A stretch of DNA of 64,000 nt from Deltaproteobacteria bacterium (GCA_004283055.1 SHLP01000002.1:2753-66752); one strand, 5' to 3'; numbered from the stretch's first letter, positions 18,311 to 28,381 are shown. Translations and numbers: made by a program. Notes: generated by a model from the letters alone, not told the origin.

Positions 18311-20776
18311 ATGATGGTGGCTCTGATCATCCCACCGCAGCTGCTCGGCGGTGTGTTTCCGTGGGCGGTGGCGATCATCTGCATCTTGGCTGGGTCGGCG
18401 GGTGTTCTCGCAAGCCGTCATATCGAGATCAGCAGCGCTCGCCGTCGCTCTGCCACCTTGCTCGACTCGATGATGGTGTTCGTGCTGGCTTGGACGGGCC
18501 TGCAGCTCATTCCCATGCCGAGCGCGCTGGTCGGCCTTCTGGTACCGGAGTCGGTCGACGCATGGCGTGCCAACGCGGCGCTCTTCGGCACACCCTCCCG
18601 CGCCTTCATCCCGATGTCGCTCGACCCCGGGTCGACGCGGCTCGAGCTCGCGAAGGGGGCGTCCATCGTAGCCACTTTTCTGGCCGCACGCGTGTTTACA
18701 GCTTCTCACCAGCGTCGGCGCGTGCTCGGGGGGGTCGCCCTGAGCGGCATTGCAATGGCTTCGGTGGCTTTCGCGCACAAGCTCGCAGGCGCGACCGAGG
18801 TGTTCGGGGTCTACACCCCGGTCTACGCGAGCAGCCGCCTACTCGCCCCGCTCATGAACGAAAACCATCTGGGCGGCATGATGGCCATGGCCTCGCCGAT
18901 CGGTATCGGGCTGGCCATGGACGCCAAAACGACGAAGGAACGCGTCGGCTGGACGGCTGGCGGCGGCCTATGCGCGCTTGCCTGCATCTTTTCGTTTTCG
19001 CGCGGGGGCATGCTCGCGCTCGCGATCGGCATGTCCGTGTTCATTGCCGTGTACGCCGCGCGCCTGAGCCGACACCAGCGATCGATTCTTCGAAGCCGCA
19101 CCGTGCCGATCCTCGCCATTGGCGCACTGTCGATCACCCTCTTCGCCATCGGCCTTCAAGGTAGCGACCTCGGACGTGAGTTGAGCCACCGGCACAACAT
19201 TGGGCCGAAGTTCGCGGGCGCCGTGGCTGCGCTGCCCGTCATCGCGAGCCATCCAATCGCGGGAGTCGGGCGTGGCGCATTCTCGGCGGCGTTCGTCGAT
19301 GAGCACGGCACCGACAAGCGGTTTTTCTACCCCGAGAACCTACCGGTGCAGTGGGCGTCGGAGTGGGGGCTTCCCATTGCGCTCACGCTGCTGATGATCG
19401 TCGTCTGGTCCGTTGCCCGCGGCTTTCGACTGAGACGAAGCCACGCGCACCTCGGCGGCCTCGCCGGGCTGGTCGCGATCGGCGTCCATCAGCTCGCCGA
19501 CTTCTCCCTGGAGCTCGCCGGCGTGGCGGTCGTGGCTGCGGCCACGCTGGGCGCAGTCGCGGATTCGGTTTCCATTCGGCGCACCCTGTCGCTTCCCAAG
19601 CTTTGTGCAGCCGTTTCGATCGTTAGCCTCGGAGCCGCTGGTTTGGCGCTGTCGCTCATCGGTGGCGACGTCTTCACGCTGGAGGTGCAGAGTCGGGCTG
19701 CGCTCGACCAGGGAGACGTCGCGAAGGCGCGCGAGCTGGCAGCGAGAGGGCTCTCGCTACACCCCTCGGAGCCGATCTTCGCGCTAACCGGTGCCGAGCT
19801 GGCCGTGCGCGAACGCGACGCCTCCGCGGGCCGATGGATCAACCGCGCCCAGGAGCTGGCCCCCCTCTGGAGCGCACCGCATTTGTTGGCGGCGCGATGG
19901 CTGTTTTCTTTGGGAGAGCTGGATCAGGCGCTCGTCGAGATCCGCGAAGCCGAAGCGCTTCGCCCGGGCAGCGCGCGCACGACCATTTGTTCACTGCTTC
20001 GCGCGGACCAAAATCCCGCCACCGCGCTGCGCGCGGCGCCTGATGGGCCCGAAGGAGCCAAGTTCCTGGATCGGGCGGCACTCTGCCTCCCGCTCCGATC
20101 CCCTGCATCGCAGCGAATCGACGAGGCCGCGCGCAAGCTGGACCCGAACCTCCCGGGCCCGAGGAGCCGTCAAGCCGAGCGGCTGCTTGCCGAGCAGCGG
20201 CCGCTCGAAGCGGTGGATCTTCTGCAGAGCTCGAAAGATTTGGATCCAAAAGGGCGGCGAATTCTCGCCGAGGCCTACTTGCAGGCGAACGATTTCGAGA
20301 GAGCCGCGCAGGCGGTCGCCCCACTCCTGAGCGCGCGAGAGGTTCGATCCGGCGCGCTACGCACCGCCGCGTCGATCTACATGCGAAGCGGCGACGAGGC
20401 CGAGCTTCAGCGCGTTCTCTCACGACTGCGCGGCCAAACCGGCGGAAAGGCGAAGCCCCTCGCCGACGTCGAGCTGTTCGTCGGCAAGCTCTACGAATCT
20501 CAGCGCAGGTACGCGCTTGCGCTCAGGGCGTACGAGGACTCGAATCAAGCCCAGGAATCTCGCGAGGCTCTGCTCGCGGTGGCGCGGGTCGCCGATTCGA
20601 TGGGCAACCGAGAACGTGCGCTCCTCACCTACAGGCGGCTCTGCCGCTCCGACGGCGGAAAAGGCCCCGCCTGCGCGTCTGCTCAGCGGGCCGCAGGGAC
20701 TCGAAATCCTGCCTCAGGACCCGCCGCGCTTGACGCCGGCAAGCCGATGGGAAACGCTGATGAAGCGGGGCCGTGA
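18311..20776 (+). CDS. O-antigen-ligase/Wzy_C-domain membrane protein fused to C-terminal TPR repeats
   Basis: The N-terminal part is polytopic and contains CIFSFSRGGMLALAIG (Wzy_C-like). The C-terminal ~330 aa is an Ala/Leu-rich TPR-like helical repeat region. The start is uncertain (ATG 18311 or GTG 18200). The upstream track residues are antisense to neuB. Confidence 0.65.
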   Translation: MMVALIIPPQLLGGVFPWAVAIICILAGSAGVLASRHIEISSARRRSATLLDSMMVFVLAWTGLQLIPMPSALVGLLVPESVDAWRANAALFGTPSRAFIPMSLDPGSTRLELAKGASIVATFLAARVFTASHQRRRVLGGVALSGIAMASVAFAHKLAGATEVFGVYTPVYASSRLLAPLMNENHLGGMMAMASPIGIGLAMDAKTTKERVGWTAGGGLCALACIFSFSRGGMLALAIGMSVFIAVYAARLSRHQRSILRSRTVPILAIGALSITLFAIGLQGSDLGRELSHRHNIGPKFAGAVAALPVIASHPIAGVGRGAFSAAFVDEHGTDKRFFYPENLPVQWASEWGLPIALTLLMIVVWSVARGFRLRRSHAHLGGLAGLVAIGVHQLADFSLELAGVAVVAAATLGAVADSVSIRRTLSLPKLCAAVSIVSLGAAGLALSLIGGDVFTLEVQSRAALDQGDVAKARELAARGLSLHPSEPIFALTGAELAVRERDASAGRWINRAQELAPLWSAPHLLAARWLFSLGELDQALVEIREAEALRPGSARTTICSLLRADQNPATALRAAPDGPEGAKFLDRAALCLPLRSPASQRIDEAARKLDPNLPGPRSRQAERLLAEQRPLEAVDLLQSSKDLDPKGRRILAEAYLQANDFERAAQAVAPLLSAREVRSGALRTAASIYMRSGDEAELQRVLSRLRGQTGGKAKPLADVELFVGKLYESQRRYALALRAYEDSNQAQESREALLAVARVADSMGNRERALLTYRRLCRSDGGKGPACASAQRAAGTRNPASGPAALDAGKPMGNADEAGP

Positions 20777-23010
20777 GACATCTAACAAACCAGATTGAGC
20801 CAGGGGGCGCTCCAGCCCCCCGCCCATCCCTTTTTCCCAAGGGGTTGCCCGAGGCAGTCCTGCGATATCGTTGGTGGATCATCTGCACGTCGCTGGCCGT
20901 GACGACTTTGGTGACCCTGTGGACGTTTCGGCTTCCCAAGGTTTATCAGGCCACAGTCACCCTGGAGTACGACCCGAATCCCATCTCACCGCTCGGCACC
21001 TCGGTGGAAGACGTGAGTGGGCAGGTCTCGCACTTCCTGATGTCGCGCGAGTTCTTCGAGACCCAGAACCGGATCATCCAGAGCCGGGCCGTTGCGGAGC
21101 GCGTAGTCGAGCACCTGGGCCTGGCCGACGATCCGACGTTCTTCGGCCAGGAGCCCGGCGCAGACTGGACACCGGTGAGCAAAGAGGTCGCCGCACAGCG
21201 CCTACAAAGTAAGCTCTCGCTCGACCCGATCAAAGACACGCGGCTGGTGCTGCTCAAGGTCCGGGACAACGACCCCGAGCGCGCAGCGACGCTCGCCAAC
21301 ATGGTGGCCAGCTCCTACATCGAGAAGACGATGGAGGATCGGCTCGGGTCTACAGCGGCGGCCGCCGAGTGGCTTGCGAAGCAGCTCGATTCGACCAGGA
21401 CCCAGCTCAACGATTCCGAACACGCGCTTCACGAGTTCAAGAAGCAGCACAACGTGCTTTCGGTTTCGGTCGAGAATCGCCAAAATCTGCTCGCAGAGGA
21501 AATCCGCGAGTACAACGAGCGACTCACCGACATCAGAGCGCGTCGCATCGAGCTCGAGGCGAGGCTTGGGCGTTTGAAGGCCGCGAGGTCTCAGCCCGAG
21601 GCGGTTCAAGACACCGACGGAGGCGAGGACAGCGAGCTCGACGCCTTGCGGACCGAGCTCCGAGTGAAGATGACAGAGCGCGCGTCGCTAGCGGTTCGAT
21701 ACGGTGATTCGCACCCGAAGATCCTCGAGCTCAAAGGAGAGATCGCTGCGATCCGTACATCGATCGACGACGAAATCAAGACGCTGATCAAAATCGCAGC
21801 CGACGATCTCAAAGAAGCGCAGGCCGTCGAGAACGGGCTCAGCAAGGTTCAAAACAAGGCGCAGAAGGCCGGCATGGACCTCAATCTTCGCGAAATCGAG
21901 TACTCGCGCCTGAATCGCCAGCGCGAGAGCAACGCGAAGCTTTACGACTTACTCCTGAAGCGCACCGCAGAAACCGACCTCACGCGCTTGCTCCGCACGA
22001 CGCACGTCCGCGTGGTCGACGCAGCCCTGGTGCCCAAGGGAGCGATCTCACCGATGGTGAGCCTGAACGTGATCGGGGGCGCGTTTGGCGGCCTTCTGCT
22101 CGGGTTCGGGCTTGCGTTTCTGCTCCATCAAATGGACAGGCGCATTCAAGACGTGCCCGACGTCGAGAGGCTGGGGCTCACAATCCTCGGCGTGTTCCCG
22201 CGCGTTTCTGCGTCCGGTGCCGATTCGTCGGGCGGCTACTCCTCGCGCCGCAAGCGCGAGCGGGTCGTCGAAGTGGAGAACCCCGATCAAGTCGTCCATA
22301 CCCATCCGATGTCGATGGCCGCGGAATCCTGCCGGACCGTACGCACCAACCTGATGTTCATGGCGGCCGAGTCGCCCAACAAGACGATGGTCGTGACCAG
22401 CGCAAACCCGAAGGACGGAAAGACGACGGTCGCCACCAACATCTCGATCGCGTTGGCGCAGAGCGGCCAGCGCGTTCTGCTCATCGACGCGGATCTTCGA
22501 CGTCCTCGCATCCACAAGGCGTTCGGGCTCGAGAATCATGCCGGGCTCACAAACACCTTGGTCGGCGAACGGACGCTCACTCAGGTGACGCGGGACGTCG
22601 GAATTGACAAGCTGTCGGTGGTGACCTGCGGACCCTTACCGCCCAATCCAGCCGAGCTGCTCCATACCCAGCAGTTCTCTCGGCTCCTCGAAGAAGCCGC
22701 CTCCCAGTACGATCGCGTGATTTTCGATAGCCCGCCGCTACGGGCCGTCACCGATGCCGCCATTCTCGCGCCCCAGTGCGGAGGAGTCCTGCTCGTGGTG
22801 AGGGCTCGAGCCACGACCCGTGACGCCGTTCTCGCAGCGATTCGGAGCCTCACCGACGTTCGCGCCCACATCCTGGGCGGCGTGCTCAATGACGTGGAGG
22901 TCAGCCGAGGGGGTCAGGCGGGCGTCGGCGGCGCGTACTATCACTACTATCGCGGCGAAGAGTACCGGACCGAGAGCACTCCGCCCGGCCCTAGCCAGTC
23001 GGCGGCCTGA
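20773..23010 (+). CDS. Polysaccharide co-polymerase / BY-type tyrosine autokinase (Wzc/GumC-like)
   Basis: It has an N-terminal Wzz-type domain with a TM, a long coiled coil, Walker A SANPKDGKTTVATN, LLIDADLRRP, Walker B VIFDSPP, and the C-terminal Tyr cluster YYHYYRGEEY. The GTG start overlaps the upstream stop (GTGA). Confidence 0.85.
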   Translation: MRHLTNQIEPGGAPAPRPSLFPKGLPEAVLRYRWWIICTSLAVTTLVTLWTFRLPKVYQATVTLEYDPNPISPLGTSVEDVSGQVSHFLMSREFFETQNRIIQSRAVAERVVEHLGLADDPTFFGQEPGADWTPVSKEVAAQRLQSKLSLDPIKDTRLVLLKVRDNDPERAATLANMVASSYIEKTMEDRLGSTAAAAEWLAKQLDSTRTQLNDSEHALHEFKKQHNVLSVSVENRQNLLAEEIREYNERLTDIRARRIELEARLGRLKAARSQPEAVQDTDGGEDSELDALRTELRVKMTERASLAVRYGDSHPKILELKGEIAAIRTSIDDEIKTLIKIAADDLKEAQAVENGLSKVQNKAQKAGMDLNLREIEYSRLNRQRESNAKLYDLLLKRTAETDLTRLLRTTHVRVVDAALVPKGAISPMVSLNVIGGAFGGLLLGFGLAFLLHQMDRRIQDVPDVERLGLTILGVFPRVSASGADSSGGYSSRRKRERVVEVENPDQVVHTHPMSMAAESCRTVRTNLMFMAAESPNKTMVVTSANPKDGKTTVATNISIALAQSGQRVLLIDADLRRPRIHKAFGLENHAGLTNTLVGERTLTQVTRDVGIDKLSVVTCGPLPPNPAELLHTQQFSRLLEEAASQYDRVIFDSPPLRAVTDAAILAPQCGGVLLVVRARATTRDAVLAAIRSLTDVRAHILGGVLNDVEVSRGGQAGVGGAYYHYYRGEEYRTESTPPGPSQSAA

Positions 23011-23027
23011 GGCCGTTCGCTCTCGCG

Positions 23028-23056
23028 TTGACGAGCGCCGAAAAGACCGGGATAAC
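23028..23056 (+). promoter_or_regulatory. Candidate sigma-70-type promoter for the rubrerythrin operon
   Basis: TTGACG (23028-23033), a 17-nt spacer, then GATAAC (23051-23056). This is pattern-only evidence. Confidence 0.25.
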
Positions 23057-23129
23057 TTTCATTCTCGGCCGGCGCCACGTGCGCCCCACCGAGTCTGAAG
23101 CAAGCATCACATCGGAGGAAATGGAAGCC

Positions 23130-23549
23130 ATGTCAGAGCTCAAAGGCAGCAAGACCCACGAAAACCTCGCAGCCGCATTCGCCGGTGAGTCCCAGGCCAA
23201 TCGGCGCTACCTCTACTTCGCAAAGGTCGCCGACGTCGAAGGGTACCCCGAGGTAGCGGGCAACTTCCGCGAGACCGCCGAAGGCGAGACCGGCCACGCG
23301 CACGGTCACCTGGACTATCTCAAAAAGGTCGGCGACCCGGCCACCGGCCTGCCGATCGGCGACACCGCGCTCAACCTCGCAGCCGCAGTCGCAGGCGAGA
23401 CGCACGAGTACACCGACATGTACCCGGGCTTCGCCAAGACAGCGCGCGAAGAGGGATTCGGCGAGATCGCCGACTGGTTCGAAACCTTGGCCAAGGCCGA
23501 GAAGTCGCACGCCGGTCGGTTCCAGTCGCTTCTGGACGAGATCTCCTGA
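23130..23549 (+). CDS. Rubrerythrin-family di-iron protein (four-helix-bundle domain only, no rubredoxin domain)
   Basis: The start is ATG 23130, with a [45 protein letters not shown] and AEKSHAGRF provide the E...ExxH di-iron half-sites. Confidence 0.85.
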   Translation: MSELKGSKTHENLAAAFAGESQANRRYLYFAKVADVEGYPEVAGNFRETAEGETGHAHGHLDYLKKVGDPATGLPIGDTALNLAAAVAGETHEYTDMYPGFAKTAREEGFGEIADWFETLAKAEKSHAGRFQSLLDEIS

Positions 23550-23567
23550 GCAAGGCAACCGACGCGC

Positions 23568-24956
23568 GTGAGCGATGATGTCAAAAGGCAGATCTCGTAC
23601 CAGCCCAGCGATGGGTTGAGCTACGACCCGAGCGAGGCGAAGTACTGGGACGAAGACGCGCTCGGCAAAGAAATCGAGCGCGTCTTCGAGGTCTGCCATG
23701 GCTGCCGCATGTGCTTCAAGTACTGCGACTCGTTTCCGACTTTGTTCTCGGCGATTGACGAGCAGCACGACGGCGATGTTCGAAAGCTCACGCCACTCGA
23801 CACCCAGCGCGTCATGGACGCGTGCTTTCAATGCAAGCTCTGTGAGGTGCAGTGTCCGTATACGCCCCGTGACGGGCACGAGTTCCAACTAGACTTCCCG
23901 AAGCTGGTGCATCGCTACGATGCAATCCGACACCGAAAACACCAGCAACCCCACAAGCTGAGGCTCAAGTTGCTGCAGGACCCCGATCGCGCCAGCGCGA
24001 TGGCGCGCGCGAGCCTGGGCGTTGCCAACGTCATGAATCGGGTCGGCATCCACCGCTGGTTCATGGAGAAGCTGGTCGGCATCGATCGACGCAAGCTCCT
24101 TCCCGACTTCGCACAGACGACGTTCGAGTCGTGGGCGAAAGGCGCGGGCCTGATGGACAAAGGCGTCGGGGGCGAGGCGGTGCTCTTTCAGACCTGTTAC
24201 GTCCAGGGCAACGAGCCACAGATCGGGATGGACACCGTCGAGGTGCTCGAAAAGAACAGCGTCGACGTTCGCTGTGCAAAGGGCCTCGAATGCTGCGGGA
24301 TGCCTGCTTGGGAAGGCGGCAACCTCGACCTCTTGCGAAAGAAGGCGCACCGCAATCTGAACGTGCTGATGCCCTACGTGGAGGCGGGCGCAAAGGTGAT
24401 CGCGCTCAACCCGACCTGCTCGATGATGCTTCGGCGGGAGTACCCGGAGCTCCTCGAAGGCGACGACCGCGAACGCGCCGCCAAGCTAGCCGAGGCGGTG
24501 GCGGACCCAAGCGAGTACCTGTGGTCCTTGCGCAAGGAAGAACGGTTCAATACGGACTTCAAGAGCTCGCCAGGGCAGCGCGTCGCGTACCACGCGCCCT
24601 GCCACCTGCGCACGCAAGGGGTCGGTTTCAAAGGCCGCGACCTGCTTCGCAAGATTCCAGGCGTCACGCCGGCTACGGTCATGGAATGCTGCGGGCACGA
24701 CGGGACGCACGCGATGACCGTCGAAGGCTTCGAGTATTCGATTCGGGTCGGGCAAAAGGCGTTCGACGAAATGAAGGAAGCCGACGCCGAAATCTGGGCA
24801 ACCGACTGTCCGTTGGCGGCGATTCAGTTCCGACAGCATGCCGGGGTCAAGCCGCTGCACCCCATGTCGGTGTTGGCGCGCGCCTATCGCGACGATGGCT
24901 TCGAAACCCCGAAGGCGTTACCCTCCGGAGAAGAGCCGGAAGGAGCATCGCAGTGA
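23568..24956 (+). CDS. HdrD/GlpC-like (Fe-S)-binding protein with two CCG domains
   Basis: There are two ferredoxin-type motifs ([11 protein letters not shown] and [12 protein letters not shown]) and two CCG motifs (LECCGMP and MECCGHDG). The start is GTG. Confidence 0.8.
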   Translation: MSDDVKRQISYQPSDGLSYDPSEAKYWDEDALGKEIERVFEVCHGCRMCFKYCDSFPTLFSAIDEQHDGDVRKLTPLDTQRVMDACFQCKLCEVQCPYTPRDGHEFQLDFPKLVHRYDAIRHRKHQQPHKLRLKLLQDPDRASAMARASLGVANVMNRVGIHRWFMEKLVGIDRRKLLPDFAQTTFESWAKGAGLMDKGVGGEAVLFQTCYVQGNEPQIGMDTVEVLEKNSVDVRCAKGLECCGMPAWEGGNLDLLRKKAHRNLNVLMPYVEAGAKVIALNPTCSMMLRREYPELLEGDDRERAAKLAEAVADPSEYLWSLRKEERFNTDFKSSPGQRVAYHAPCHLRTQGVGFKGRDLLRKIPGVTPATVMECCGHDGTHAMTVEGFEYSIRVGQKAFDEMKEADAEIWATDCPLAAIQFRQHAGVKPLHPMSVLARAYRDDGFETPKALPSGEEPEGASQ

Positions 24957-25510
24957 ACCCAATCGAGCGATCGGAGCTACTCGACTACGTCACCTATGGC
25001 GAGAATCGCGATGAGATCCGCGCCTCGGCGCTGCACGCCAAATCGGTGCGTCGAATCCTCGTCGGCGAGCATTTCACGTTTCTCTTCGAGAACCGCGAAA
25101 CCGTGCGCTACCAGATTCAAGAAATGATGCGCATCGAGCGCATCGTGAAGGAAGACGACATCCAGCACGAGCTCGACACGTACAACGAGCTGATTCACCC
25201 GAGGGGAACCGTCGGCTGCACGCTCCTGGTAGGCATCGACGACGAGGCTGAGCGGTCCGCGAAGCTCCGGGCCTGGCTGGGCCTCAACGAGCACATTTAC
25301 GCCAAGGTTCCCGATGGGTCCCTGCGGAAGCCGACCTGGGACCCGCGCCAGGTGGGCGACGATCGCCTTTCCTCGGTCCAGTACCTCTCGTTCGGCATCG
25401 GCGGCGAAGCGCCCTCGGCAATCGGTATCGCGATGCCGGGAATCGAGGCAGAAACCGAGCTCTCCGGACCCCAGCGGGAGGCGCTTCGCGAAGATCTCAA
25501 CGCGGAATAG
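24953..25510 (+). CDS. DUF3501-family protein
   Basis: GTG 24953 overlaps the upstream stop (GTGA). The sequence begins [58 protein letters not shown] recognise it as DUF3501, which typically follows rubrerythrin plus a CCG protein. Only the last 185 codons of track ORF 24131..25510 are used. Confidence 0.65.
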   Translation: MNPIERSELLDYVTYGENRDEIRASALHAKSVRRILVGEHFTFLFENRETVRYQIQEMMRIERIVKEDDIQHELDTYNELIHPRGTVGCTLLVGIDDEAERSAKLRAWLGLNEHIYAKVPDGSLRKPTWDPRQVGDDRLSSVQYLSFGIGGEAPSAIGIAMPGIEAETELSGPQREALREDLNAE

Positions 25511-25597
25511 CCAAATCGAACGGAATAAGAAAACCGCCCCGGCGGTAGTTGTGGGACCGGCCAAGAAGTCTTAAGTACTGGCCTTAGGAGTACGTGC

Positions 25598-26431
25598 ATG
25601 CTGAGAATCCTCTTGTTTCTAGGGACAAACCTCGCCGTTCTAGTCATGGCGGGCATCGCGATGTCGGTGCTCACCGCCCTTGGGGTCATCCCGCCGGATG
25701 CGCCCTACGTCGCGATGTTGATTTGGTGCGCCCTCTTTGGTTTCGGCGGCTCGATCTTCTCCCTGGCGATTTCCAAATGGGTGGCCAAGAAGTCCACGGG
25801 CGCCCACGTCATCGAAAAACCTTCGAATGACATCGAGCAATGGCTCTTCAGCACGGTCCAGCGCCAGGCGGAGCAGGCGGGGATCGGAATGCCGGAGGTC
25901 GCGATCTTCGATTCGCCTGATCCAAACGCCTTTGCAACGGGCATGTTTCGAAACAACGCCCTCGTCGCGGTGAGCACAGGGCTCTTGCGCCTGATGAACA
26001 AGCAGGAGGTCGAAGCAGTTCTAGGCCACGAGATCTCCCACGTCGCCAACGGCGACATGGTCACGCTGACGCTGATCCAAGGTGTGCTCAACACCTTTGT
26101 CCTCTTCGTTGCGCGGATCATCGCGAGCCAGTTCGACCGCGGCCGGTTCCTGATTTACATGGGGCTTCAGATGGCGTTCGGGGTCCTGGCCAGCATCATC
26201 GTCGCCTGGTTTTCTCGCCGTCGCGAATTCCGCGCAGATGCCGGAGGGGCGAATCTCGAAAGCTCAGCCGCAATGGCCTCGGCGCTCAACCGGCTCAAAG
26301 CCATGCGTGACGCGCCATCCCAGCTTCCCGATAGTCTGACGGCGTTCGGCATTCGCGGTGAAGGCATGCTCAAGCTCATGGCAACGCATCCCCCTCTGGA
26401 AGAGCGAATCGCGCGGCTCCAGGCCCGCTGA
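25598..26431 (+). CDS. htpX: Membrane zinc metalloprotease HtpX
   Basis: It starts MLRILLFLGTNLAVLVMAG, has the HEISHVANGDM (HExxH) motif and four hydrophobic segments. An AGGAG SD is present. Confidence 0.9.
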   Translation: MLRILLFLGTNLAVLVMAGIAMSVLTALGVIPPDAPYVAMLIWCALFGFGGSIFSLAISKWVAKKSTGAHVIEKPSNDIEQWLFSTVQRQAEQAGIGMPEVAIFDSPDPNAFATGMFRNNALVAVSTGLLRLMNKQEVEAVLGHEISHVANGDMVTLTLIQGVLNTFVLFVARIIASQFDRGRFLIYMGLQMAFGVLASIIVAWFSRRREFRADAGGANLESSAAMASALNRLKAMRDAPSQLPDSLTAFGIRGEGMLKLMATHPPLEERIARLQAR

Positions 26432-26491
26432 TTGGGAAGTACCTAGGCACCGTTCTTGCCAGGAGGCGCGACCTTCGGTAGGACCGGTCTC

Positions 26492-27394
26492 ATGGGGGAG
26501 CTTAAGGTACTCTTGTGGGCTGCGTTGGCCTGCACCTTGCTCGCAGGCTGCGAAGAAACGAAACCCAGCCTCGAGCGCATCGAGATCGCCTCAGCGCATC
26601 GAGCGTGCGAAGAAGACGAGGCTTGCGGGGTGGTGGAAACCAGCTGTACTTCTCAGGGCTGCCGATGCGGCGTGGCGGTCAACGAGAAGTACCTGCTGGA
26701 CTACCAGAAGCAACTCGCTGAATGCCGCGGCCAAGAGGACCTCGCGACCTGCGACTTCGTCTGCGAGACACCCTTTGGCAAATGCTTCAAAGGCGCATGC
26801 GTCTTGACGAACGAGCCGCCGGAGCTGTTTCGCGACGGTCGCAGCGTTCAGGTGCTCTGCGAAGGCTCGCGTGGAACGTACGTCGGCTGCCCGCAGTGTC
26901 CTCCCAACGAACGCTGCAGATCTTGCAAGCCCTGCGAATGCCCTTCGAGTCATCGCTGGACGAAGAAGGGATGCCGGGCTGTGGTAAAGACCGAAGCGCG
27001 GGACATCCTGGTCGAGACCCGGCCCTCGGTCGTGAATCGCTCCGACGACGTAAAGGCTCGCGTCCACAACAACTCCAGGCGTACGATCTGGCTGAAAACC
27101 GTTTGCGGCACTCCGTTTCATCGTCTTCGCAAGAAGGAAGACGCCTGGGAGAAGGGCTACGAGCCGTTCCACGACGTCAAGTGTCGCCTAGGCTCCGTGG
27201 AAATTGCCCCTGGCAAGAATCGGCCCTTCGTCGTCGGCAATCTTGCAAAGTTCAAGGAGCCCTCTGGCGAATCCGCGACGCCGGGAACGTTCAGATTCGA
27301 GCTGACCTACACCGACGGCAACGATAGCTTTAAATACAGCGCAGTCGTGTATTCCGCCCAGTTCGACCTCGCCGAGAAGCTGTCGCGTCGCTAG
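26492..27394 (+). CDS. Cys-rich lipoprotein of unknown function with a C-terminal beta-sandwich-like half
   Basis: The start is ATG 26492. A signal peptide with lipobox LLAGC is present. I counted about 19 Cys by hand in the first ~170 mature residues. No family was recognised. Confidence 0.5.
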   Translation: MGELKVLLWAALACTLLAGCEETKPSLERIEIASAHRACEEDEACGVVETSCTSQGCRCGVAVNEKYLLDYQKQLAECRGQEDLATCDFVCETPFGKCFKGACVLTNEPPELFRDGRSVQVLCEGSRGTYVGCPQCPPNERCRSCKPCECPSSHRWTKKGCRAVVKTEARDILVETRPSVVNRSDDVKARVHNNSRRTIWLKTVCGTPFHRLRKKEDAWEKGYEPFHDVKCRLGSVEIAPGKNRPFVVGNLAKFKEPSGESATPGTFRFELTYTDGNDSFKYSAVVYSAQFDLAEKLSRR

Positions 27395-27397
27395 ACG

Positions 27398-28381
27398 CTA
27401 GTCGACTTCGAGCAGACACACGCTGAACCAGTCGCGTTCGTCGCTCCATTGCTTCGTCAAGCGAAAGCCGGCCGCACGTGCCATCTCCTCGAATTGGCCG
27501 AGGTCATACTTGTGCGAATGCTCGGTGACGATGTGCTCGCCTTCTGATAGAGCAATTTCGGCATCGCCGATACAAACCCTCTGTTCGCGTTCGCTGATGA
27601 GTCGCATTTCGATTCTGCCCTCGCGCTCGAGGTATGGAGCATGGTGACGAAAATGCGTCAGGTCGAAGTTGGCGCCGATCTGGTTGAGCCTGCTCAGGAT
27701 GTTCAGGTTGAAAGCGGCGGTGACTCCGAGCGAGTCGTTGTACGCGTCCTCGATGACCTTCGTGTCCTTTTTTCGATCGATGCCGACCAGCAGGCCTCCG
27801 CCCTGCCCGACGAGCTCGGCGACACGTCCGAGGAATCGGACCGCCTCTTCATCGGTGAAATTGCCGATCGTGCTGCCTGGAAAGAAGGCGACGGTTCGTG
27901 CGCTGGGGCGGCGGGGACGTGGAAGGCGCAAGGCCTGGGTGTAGTCGGCGCAGACGCCGATCACCTCCAAGTCGGTGTAGCGGTCGGCCAGCTGCCGGGC
28001 CGATGCCTCGAGGGCGGCCCGGCTAATTTCGATGAGCACACAGCCGCTCGGCTCGATCAAGGCATCGAGCAGCTTCTGGGTCTTGAGGCCGACACCTGAG
28101 CCGAATTCGACCAGAGTGGCGTGGGCGCCGATGGCATCTGCCATCTCGTGAACAGCCTGGCTCATGATCCCCAGCTCGGTTCGCGTCGGGTAGTACTCCG
28201 GCAGCTCGGTGATGGCCTCGAAGAGCCGCGCCCCCAATGCGTCGTAGAAGTACTTGCAAGGAAGCGCCTTCTGCGAGCTCCGCAGCCCCGCAATCGCCTC
28301 TTGCTGCAGGTCACCGAGCTTCGGGTGGAGGTCCACGAGGCGAACACGCTCATCGGTGCTCAAAGGATCAAATGCAATCAT
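27398..28381 (-). CDS. egtD: L-histidine N-alpha-methyltransferase (ergothioneine biosynthesis)
   Basis: The start is ATG 28381 (MIAFDPL...). KYFYDALGARLFEAITELPEYYPTRTE and a SAM-MT core are present. The longer 452-aa track ORF is a run-on into egtB. Confidence 0.85.
   Translation of the reverse strand: MIAFDPLSTDERVRLVDLHPKLGDLQQEAIAGLRSSQKALPCKYFYDALGARLFEAITELPEYYPTRTELGIMSQAVHEMADAIGAHATLVEFGSGVGLKTQKLLDALIEPSGCVLIEISRAALEASARQLADRYTDLEVIGVCADYTQALRLPRPRRPSARTVAFFPGSTIGNFTDEEAVRFLGRVAELVGQGGGLLVGIDRKKDTKVIEDAYNDSLGVTAAFNLNILSRLNQIGANFDLTHFRHHAPYLEREGRIEMRLISEREQRVCIGDAEIALSEGEHIVTEHSHKYDLGQFEEMARAAGFRLTKQWSDERDWFSVCLLEVD

Noticed and set aside
24131-24952. N-terminal 274 codons of track ORF 24131..25510
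   Set aside because: They lie out of frame over the CCG Fe-S gene and are very Arg/Gly-rich. Only the part from GTG 24953 looks like a real protein (DUF3501).
25528-25548. Hairpin ACCGCC-cc-GGCGGT after the DUF3501 gene as an intrinsic terminator
   Set aside because: The stem is very short with a 2-nt loop and no proper T-tract (it is followed by AGTT), which is too weak to call. It resembles the GAAAACCGCC motif inside the 50072-50254 element, but the similarity is too short to be meaningful.
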